From the NCBI GenBank assembly GCA_951406725.2, contig OX597834.1:8308001-8372000 (forward strand): a stretch of DNA of 64,000 nt. Direction: 5' to 3'. Positions 55,222 to 64,000 of the stretch are shown piece by piece. The translations under genes and the position numbers were made by a program. Under the pieces are notes generated by a model. It saw only the letters and a program-made list of their open reading frames with translations, ran no database searches and had not been told where the DNA came from. Numbering within the stretch: position 1 is the first letter of the stretch; every line of letters begins with the position of its first letter. The DNA is from Octopus vulgaris (taxonomy: Eukaryota).

Positions 55222-55586
55222 TATTTTATTTTTATTTTATTTTATTTTATTTTATCTAGTTTAAGCTCATGAGCTGTGGCCATGCTGGGGCACCGCCATT
55301 CAGTTTTGCTACATGATTTTACTTCATGAATGCTTTTTAGCAATTGCCATTTGGTGCATGAGAGAGTTCGATGCAGCTGCCCTCATCTGCACCTCCTGCC
55401 GTGAAGTTGGTTCATCTGGGACACCTGACAGGAAGAGATCCAGTTTTATATTAAAGACATCTGCATCCACTCCATGCAGGTCTCTCAGGTCCTTCGGGAG
55501 GATATTAAAGAGCTGTGGACCTCTGAAACCCATGCTGTCACAGTATCTTGTCCTACATCTTTATGACAAATTTGGAGTCCTTGGCA
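55222..55586 (-). mobile_element. 5'-truncated CR1-group LINE, second copy
   Basis: GFRGPQLFNILPKDLRDLHGVDADVFNIKLDLFLSGVPDEP..RAAASNSL; same 3' hairpin and (ATAAA)n tail as the 43.5 kb copy. Confidence 0.87.
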
Positions 55587-55587
55587 T

Positions 55588-55890
55588 TTGTTTCAGTCAT
55601 TTGACTGTGGCCATGCTGGGGGCACCGACATAAAAAGAGTTTTAGTCGAACGAATCGCGACTTTAGATTGATACTCACATTGATTAAGCAAACCGCTAGG
55701 ATACAAGGACGTAAACCTGCCAACGCCGCTCGAGAAGAGGTGATCACGGACAAGCACGCACACACACACACACACACACACTCTTGCTCGCACACATATA
55801 TGAACTGACACTGGCGGTCTTCTTTCAGTTTCCGGCCAGCAAATGCACTCGTAACAAGTCCTTTGATGGCCCAGAGCCGTGGTAGAGAAC
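55588..55890 (-). mobile_element. old SINE-B-related copy abutting the LINE fragment
   Basis: ttgtttcagtcatttgactgtggccatgctgggggcacc tail; degraded body with (CA)n. Confidence 0.7.
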
Positions 55891-56417
55891 TATGGTAAGG
55901 AAACAAAATCCATATCACGAATACACGCCTAGCACGCGTTTATAGTAATACCTGCATCTCTGTAAGCATACATCCATGTATAAATAACACATCCCACTTA
56001 TGTAAATATGTAAGAATGGATATGTGTGTGTATGTGCAAAGGTTCAGCAACAGGGAAAGTGAAGGAAATACACGAGACATACACGTAATAAAAATACATA
56101 TATATACTGATTGTAATAAATTGAAAATTTAGAAGATATTTTTTCTAAAGAAATACATTTATATTATTCTCGCGTTATTGAATTGGTATTTGCGTGTTCC
56201 GATATAACATTGGCATATAATTATTTCGATTACGAAAAGCTCATTCATTGAAAAATATAAATATATAGCAAGAATACAATGGTGATGGAAGTAGGCAGAT
56301 TCAAATTCCATACACATAAACACATGTCCATGATCAGACATACATGCATATACACATTCGTACAGGGACTCGTACACACATATCTCTCTCTACACTCACA
56401 CATATACACACACACAC

Positions 56418-56461
<44 letters not shown>

Positions 56462-56463
<2 letters not shown>

Positions 56464-56689
56464 TTTATTTTAAGCAGCAGAAAATTCAACAAAATCTGTT
56501 ACTCTGAGTTCACGTTGCCGTTCATCAGACAGTTTTTGCTAGCAAAAACTGTCTGATGAACGGCAACGAAAACTCAGAGTAACAGATTTTGTTGAATTTT
56601 CTGCTGCTTAAAATAAAGCATATTACTCTACCACTGGTATTTGAGTACTCTTTTTCCACCTTGTTTCACATTTATGTGTTTACTCCGGT
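56462..56689 (+). mobile_element. palindromic PLE-like element P2, second copy
   Basis: 156-bp palindrome 56463-56618 centred on gct|agc with 2 mismatches. CUGAUGA-ACG-GCAA-CG..-CUCAGA-GUA-ACAG on both strands; (TA)n on both sides. Confidence 0.85.
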
Positions 56690-57066
56690 CTATATATATA
56701 TATATATATACTCGCACACACCTATGTCCAACCTGCGAAATAGGATCTATCAAATTAAACTAGCCATATATTTACATCTTAATTGATGCTAATAGATCGT
56801 TTGAATTTAATTTAATTAGATATGCCTCTCGAGAGAACCCGTAATGGTTGTGTTGTATTATAAAAATACAATATATATTGGGTATAGACTAAAAACAAGA
56901 ACCATCGCAGCATGCGGGTGGGAGAGCACAAAATGTATTTCGGTCTCATTAGTTCATATTTATTGTGTGTAATTACAGAGGTCTGTATTTATATACGAGT
57001 TTTCTCGCTTGCTATATATAAGAAGCAAGTTATAAAACATCATTGGTATTAAAAGCTAGAGTGCAC

Positions 57067-57450
57067 TTTTCTTTTTATTTGTTTCATTCATTTGACTGCG
57101 GCCATGCTGGAGCACCGCCTTTAGTCGAGCAACTCGACCCCGGGACTTATTCTTTCGTAAGCCCAGTACTTATTCTATCGGTCTCTTTTTGCTGAACCGC
57201 TAAGTGACGGGGACGTAAACACACCAGCATCGGTTGTCAAGCAATGCTAGGGGGACAAACACAGACACACATACATATATATATACATATATACGACAGG
57301 CTTCTTTCAGTTTCCGTCTACCAAATCCACTCACAAGGCATTGGTCGGCCCGGACTATAGCTGAAGACACTTACCCAAGATGTCACGCAGTGGGACTGAA
57401 TCCAGAACCATGTGGTTGGTTAGCAAGCTACTTACTACACATCCACTCCT
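57067..57450 (-). mobile_element. SINE-B, near full length
   Basis: Reverse complement of the consensus. Confidence 0.93.
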
Positions 57451-57474
57451 AAAAAAGAAATAAAGAGTGGAGGG

Positions 57475-58075
57475 ATAACTGCATTTTCACCTTGGAGAAG
57501 AGATAGTGGTCCGCAGATGCCAAATCTGGCAAACAGGGCAGATGGAGAAAGGATAGCATGTTATTTCCGGCAAGAAAATCCAAGTGAGGAGAGCAGAATA
57601 ACTGGGTGCAGTCGCGGAGAATCCAGTTCGTCGCAGATTAGTTGCATCAACCCTTACGTCAGAATTTATTACACTTTTCCATGATGACGCACGTAGCAGG
57701 TCTTCGAGATTGCTAATCGTCTTTCAGAGAGATTCTTCCGTATTTGAAACGCCGTTGGCTCTCAAGACATTGCGTATGATGCATTGCCTAGTCGCTGTAA
57801 GCTTGCCGAAGCATGCTCAATGTTTCTGCGGTAGACTTCCCAAGCTTAACGCCACATTTCACGTTTGCTCTCTGTTCCAACTTCCTGTCCAAATCACAGA
57901 TTACAACAAACACATCAGCACAAAATCATAAATTTAACTTGCAAAGTAAAGTACGATACAACTCATGATGATGTGGTATTAAAAATTTCAAGAACGAGCT
58001 AGCAGTGACCGTCCTGGGTTATATCACTCTTTACATCGCAAGTTGTTAAATTTAGGATTTTGTACTCACGTGTAT
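57475..58075 (-). pseudogene. internally deleted mariner transposase relic
   Basis: Minus strand EQRANVK..VKLGKS..ETL.MLRQAY.D*AM..TQC.E..RFK.GR.SL.DD*.S.RP (HTH) at ~57690-57880, and WIL..FLA.NNM..HLPCLPDLASADHYLF.K.K (YSPDLAP-D like) at ~57475-57635. Confidence 0.85.
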
Positions 58076-58262
58076 GCTGACGTATGTGATATAAATTCAA
58101 TTTACGGTGAAAGTAAACAAAGTTTGCTTTAGAAGCGTTGAGATGTATTGAAAGATACAGAAGTGATTTATTCACAAATGCAGGATAATGCTGATACAGT
58201 AGTATGAATAGGATATACTATACTTATACTGCAGAAAAATGTCTGCAATATGTGGTTATATT

Positions 58263-58325
58263 ATCCTATTCATGCTATCATATTAGCATTATCCTACGTT
58301 TCAGAATAAATTATTTCTGTATATT

Positions 58326-58363
<38 letters not shown>

Positions 58364-58370
58364 CATATAC

Positions 58371-58416
<46 letters not shown>

Positions 58417-58474
58417 CCTATTCATGCTATCGTATTACCATTATCCCGCGTTTGAGAATAAATTATTTCTGTAT

Positions 58475-58522
<48 letters not shown>
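58263..58522. repeat. tandem duplication of a ~63-bp unit plus (TA)n
   Basis: atcctattcatgctatc..gaataaattatttctgtat at 58263 and 58415. Confidence 0.88.
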
Positions 58523-58527
<5 letters not shown>

Positions 58528-59649
58528 TCGATATTATATATATATATATTATTGTATTTATGAATGGTCATTTTGCCAGTTTAGCCACTAAAAACACACG
58601 CACTATATATTTGGTATTACTTTGCTTCAGTGTTATTTATTTTTTACAATAATCTTAATCTTATTTCGGCCAGAGTTCTTTCGTCACACTCCAGTGACCG
58701 CATCAGTGGTTCTTTGTTTTCTTCTTACTTATTTGTGTCTCTCCTTACTAACCGTTAGCCATTTTGTATTTCTATTGTATGTCTTCATCTGCGCATGCTT
58801 ATATCTCTATGTGCGTTTATGTTTATTTAGTGTGTCTATGTGGGGGATGCCTGTAATATTTGTATCTTCTGTTTATATATGTTCATGTAATTTGTATTTT
58901 GTATTTTTTTTTGTTGTTTTTGTTTATTCTTATTTTGGTCTACCCGTGCCTACGTGCGCCCTATTTCAGTATATTGTTCAACATATATTGCACAATTATA
59001 TTATAATATGTAAAAACGAGATAAATTCAACTGCTAAATGTTTTCATTAAAACTTTGACATGTTTTTCTTATAAAATGAGGGAAAAATGAAGACGAATTT
59101 CTAAGTTTTGAGTTTAAAATGCGCACAAATAGACACATATGAATACAGTTAAAGACCGAATGTTCAAATATTAATCAAACTGCAGAAAATTTTCTATCTC
59201 AGCCTACATTTTCTCTTCGTTGCAAGTTTCATTAATATTCAAATATAAAGAAACGATTTAATTATGAATGCACAACGTACGTTATTGTAAAACAAGCGAT
59301 CGGTAGTTATAAAACAATATATGTCTCTGTATATCTACGCGTACATGTATTTTGTGTGCGCGGGCATGTGTGTGTGTGTGCGTGTATGTGTATCTGTGTG
59401 TATATGGGCGCGTGTTGAAGTTGATCTCAACTTCAATCTGCATTTTACGTTGTGTCATAGTGTTACATGCAAATTGGTGTTTCCACATATAGAATTTTGA
59501 AATACATAAGAAATTATGAACGCTGTAGGCAAACTTTGCGACTAAATTATTGAAGGTTATTCCATATTACTGCTGTAGTCAATGTTCGAAAGAAGTAAAA
59601 AGAAGTAAGAATGGCTGTTTTAACCAAAGATTTTACAGGTGTCAAAATA

Positions 59650-60051
59650 TCTTTATATATAAAAGTGAGGTTGTGTGCTGTCTGTCTCCTACGATTTAGA
59701 TTCCTAACTACTCCCACATTTTGCGGTGCAGTTTAATCAAAACCGGGTATCTTATAGTTGTGATTCATATCGAGCCCTTCTGGGTATTAGTGCGCGTCTA
59801 CGATGAGTCTACGATTTTAAAATAAATTTTTCAATCAATTTTTTCCCATTTTTATTGCATTTTTGGCATATATAAGGGAAGTAACTCTCTAAAACATTAT
59901 TATTAAATCTCAGAACGTAAAAAGCTACAGTAACACCCCCCCCCCCTTTGTGGTTAGCCATATTGAGATGGCTATTATACTTTATATCTCTAAAAATGCT
60001 TAAATAGTTATTTCCCTTACAAACCCGAGTAACGCCGGGCGATACTGCTAG
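59650..60051 (+). mobile_element. non-autonomous Helitron, full length (402 bp)
   Basis: A|TCtttatatataaaa 5' end, hairpin cccgagtaacgccggg, CTAG|T 3' end and no TSD: canonical Helitron hallmarks. Confidence 0.92.
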
Positions 60052-60134
60052 TAGATGATAAAATGGAATTAACTAAAAGTACCAAACGAAAGAGATAACT
60101 AATTCACAACGGGTTGGATAACAATCGTGCCGCG

Positions 60135-60204
<70 letters not shown>

Positions 60205-60469
60205 CATATATATATAATACTATATTTGTTCCACGTCCTCGCGTTGTTGTATTTTTTGTGCTTTCTGGTTTGGATTAACTTTATATATATAGATGCTGGA
60301 TTTGTAATACTCTTCTTCGAGCCTTTTAATTCTTGATTTTCTATGTAAGCATATATACCTTTTTGTGTTTAATGAGTATATCAAGCTGCCTAACATGCTT
60401 ATCCTTACATTCACTACTCTACCTGGTCAAATTAAAACCTCTTGAGCACTAGTAAGTGTATTATATATG

Positions 60470-60875
60470 GAAAATATATGATCCACTTCTATGAACTATA
60501 TATTTCGAGCCTAATTTTCAGGGCTCCGAGTGCCCCTACAACTACTGCAAATGCACTTACTCTCTTCATTAATCACATTTTCGCAGCTTCGTTGTTTAGT
60601 AGTCTGTATTTCTCCATCATTTCCAGTTGCTTTTCATCTACGCGTGCATTCCCAGTTATGGCTACATCTATGATGTTGTTTTCCTTTTTTTTTTTTTCAT
60701 CCACCTCAACAATGTTCTGGTTTGCGGTCATCGATTAGGGAGTCGGATCGTAAAAACTCACAGAATCTTATATTCATTGTTCTCAGTGCTGCACTCTGGA
60801 TCATGTTTGTACAAACTTCGTGGTTTGCCAACACGATACTTTTCGCATAGACTCCAGTGAATAGAATTAGTGTTG
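60470..60875 (-). pseudogene. Dong/R4-clade REL endonuclease fragment, degraded
   Basis: Minus strand IHWSLCEKY..YKHDPE..EN.EYKIL*; IV.VD; IIDVAITG.ARVDEK..EKY..L; VVVGALG. Confidence 0.82.
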
Positions 60876-61023
60876 CTACACGCTCAATATCTGACGTTAT
60901 ATATATATATATATGATATTAGGGAGTATATCTCTAAATTTTCAGGGAAAAATTCAATTTAGTATTAAATCAAATTTCACAATATGAACATATAAAATAA
61001 ACATTTTATCTCTAATTTATATA

Positions 61024-61111
<88 letters not shown>

Positions 61112-61352
61112 TGCATGTAGTGTATTGTTCCGTTTAGAGTATGTCAACAAAATGGTACTCCATCGAGTGAGAGATAAATATAATTTAATGTTGTCATTAT
61201 AAAGATATGAACTTACGAGCTACTAATTGTTTGTTTCTTTGGAGACGCGGTCTGTTATCATAGCAGAAGGCGTCTTATAAGATCTGCCTAGACTGGCGTC
61301 TAAAACGTAAGAAATATTAGGACCTTGTATCTTTATACTATGTACATTGAAT

Positions 61353-61384
<32 letters not shown>

Positions 61385-62383
61385 CAGATGAGGGAAACAG
61401 ACACACAATTCGATTCAAATACACGCAAAAGCAAATGCGTTCTAACCCTCACCATCTATCGTTTTCACACCCATTGTTCAACCGAGTGGTGCCAGCAACG
61501 TTCTCTGCTGGGTTACTGACGTTTGAAAACAATAGACTAACAGAGGGAAAATTTTCAAACACGGACAATAATAGAAAAAGTAAGGCCGTACACCGAATTG
61601 TAAATACAGGTGAGTTGTTCGGAGCAAAGGTAAATATATCAAAAGGGGTTATATGTATGTGTGTATGTGCGTGCGTGTGTGTGTTTGTATATAGATACGT
61701 TTGCATCTTCCTATGTGTGTGTGTTTGTGTCTGTATATGTATATGCATGAATGTATGTTTGTGTACGTCTACAGAAGATGTCATTCGAGTACAAGACAAT
61801 TATGTGCGGTTACCCTTAGAGGAAATGTATCGAGCTTTTCGCTCTTGAAGTTCTAGTAAAGAATAAATATAATCAAAAACTAAATAACGGTCTGTAAATT
61901 ATTCGAATGTTAACTTAACCGCTTCATGATCACTTCACTTATAAAAAAATTCTTTCAGAGATTGCAATAGCGATTCCTCAAATGGTGTCTGTTGCCTCTA
62001 TGATTGTATAGATTTCTGATGATGATTCTCTGTTGGTGCCGTCACCGTTTTTGTTGCCAGAGTTATTGTTTTCCATGATGGTGATGTTGGTTGTACCGTC
62101 TTGCTGATCTTCAGTTTCATTTCGGCTTTTTAATGACGCAACCTTTTCGCCATGACCGATTTTATTCAGACAGCATGTATACAAATATCTCATTACAGGT
62201 GTGCTTCCAATAATACGAGTGTAGGCTTCGAGCTGAGTCAGATTTGATTGCTGCTTCAACTAATACCCAGAGCCGTACGCATCTTTGTTCACTTTGTGGC
62301 AGTGTTGTTCTTTATCAACAGAGCATCCAGGATTAAGCAAACCCTCATGGACGGTCTTCAAGCAATAATGAGGCTGTATTTTA

Positions 62384-62700
62384 GGGAACAGGTGACCTAG
62401 TGGTTACGGTGCTGCACTCCTGATCGGAAGATCATGGTTTTAATTGCTAAGTAAGGAATTCTACTCTTGAGCAAAACATAACATCTCACGTAGCTCTGCG
62501 CTCACTTCGGTACCTAATGTCAAGTACCTGTGCAGGTAAGAGCGATTTGATGTCTGGTGCCTGTTCAGGTATGAACGATTTGATGGAGAGACTGAGCTGA
62601 TGTACATCACATACATGTGATAACTATAAACAAATCATTTTTGCTGGTCGTTAATGAGAAAGCTTGAACATCCATAGTTCGTCTTCAACAGCAGTGTCGA
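62384..62700 (+). mobile_element. old tRNA-derived SINE (family F; D-like head and middle, different 3' part)
   Basis: gtgacctagtggttacggtgctgcactcctgatcggaagatc..tcttgagcaaaaca resembles the D/E head. Confidence 0.55.
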
Positions 62701-64000
62701 TCGTTTTGGGGGGTAGTTTGTGTTTAAGTTTTTCCGCTAATGTTCCAGATAGTGGCATGTGAGTTAAAGGACGACTGGTTATTCCTTTTTACAGTTCGAG
62801 CTACCGCCTAGCTTTATAATATTGGCTCATATTAGTGACATCATTCCTGAGAACATAAATTGTGCATTGCGACTATTTACAGATCTTTTACCATATACAT
62901 TGTTTAATGTACGACTCGTTGAAATAATTTGTTTTGGGGAAATAGATAGATTCGGGAGAGAAAGGGAGAGAGAGAGAGTTGGATCGCAAAAGTTTTGCAA
63001 GCACTGTCTACTGGTTTTTAGTGATATCTTTCTTCTCTTTGAGATGAAATTCATGTGAATGTCGACTTTGGTTCTATTCCCTTCTGAGCCGATAAAGTAA
63101 GTAATTGCATGAACTTATAGGAATCAATTTTAATCGTTTGCTTAGCCTACCCAGAATTAAAATCAATATAGTATCCATCAGATTATACTAACCACCAAGG
63201 GAACAAGCAGATGAAGGACAATGCTTCAGTGTTCGCGTAGTTGGTGGCGGAATAAAATCTTTAGATCCGAGGGACCCCAATAAAACATATATCGACTAAT
63301 TCATTTATTTGAATTGAAGCATTAAAAAGAAAATGCAAGATTTGTCTTTCATGTCAAATACAAACATCTGTTTTAATGGAACTATTGCAATAACTTAATT
63401 CTCTGAGGAATTAAAGGTAGAAAGATATTAAAGCCAAACACATACACACACACATACACAGACAAAATAAAGTAATAATAATAAATAGAAATATCGATGA
63501 AGAGAATCAAGAAGAACAAAGACCCAAAAGATGCAAACATATTTTGAATCCATCGTTGACCAATAAACCATAAGCAGAGAAGAAAGATTGCTACTGAAGA
63601 AATTATAATAAGAATCTTTGAAATACTCTACAACTGAGCATCTGTCGAACAAACAGCGAAACGCCACAGGAAATTTATTAAATACTCAAGTGATTGAATA
63701 AGTTCAAACGCGAAACCAAACCTTCCGATAAATCAAAAAGCTTCGATTTCTCTAGTATTATGAAGCTCCTGAGTTAATTCCATAATGGTATTGATTTTTT
63801 TTTTCGAGTTTAGCGGAGCAATAATCGATAAATACACTGTTTGACAATAAATCACAGTTAATGTAATATAATATAACTAGGGCTGAACTAAAACTCTTTA
63901 GAATAATCGCTTTCGTCCGTTCCATAGGAATCATTAGAGACAAATTCACTTTAACTCACAGACTCATACTAACACATAGACACTTACGTATAAACACAAA

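Noticed and set aside
61978-62259. 93-aa minus-strand ORF
   Set aside because: Non-ATG start, low-complexity N/D/T-rich half, and no recognisable homology or clear splice sites.

Overview
AT-rich eukaryotic DNA made up mostly of microsatellites ((TA)n, (TACA)n, (TAA)n, (CA)n, (GA)n) and transposon relics. I find no intact host protein-coding gene, so this is intronic or intergenic sequence. The SINE families look like those I recall from octopus (coleoid cephalopod) genomes; that is an inference, not a database result. Contents: about 40 tRNA-derived SINE copies in at least six families (labelled A-F here), several with ~13-bp target-site duplications (TSDs); 3' fragments of a CR1-group LINE whose tail matches SINE-B; Dong/R4 (REL-endonuclease) LINE fragments; a Helitron helicase relic and two non-autonomous Helitrons; mariner relics; and a long-TIR foldback repeat. 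The most interesting signal is a set of short elements next to (TA)n arrays that carry minimal type-I hammerhead ribozyme motifs, of the kind known from Penelope-like elements (PLEs). One family is a self-inverted palindrome with a hammerhead on each strand, and three different families cluster within 1 kb at 26.0-27.0 kb. Most of these cores carry mutations, so activity is unproven. Other notable features are a complete 2x2 exchange of SINE bodies and tails, compensatory covariation in the shared SINE/LINE 3' hairpin, and locally templated insertions. Almost all ORFs in the supplied track are repeat artefacts. Coordinates were read by eye and may be off by a few bases.
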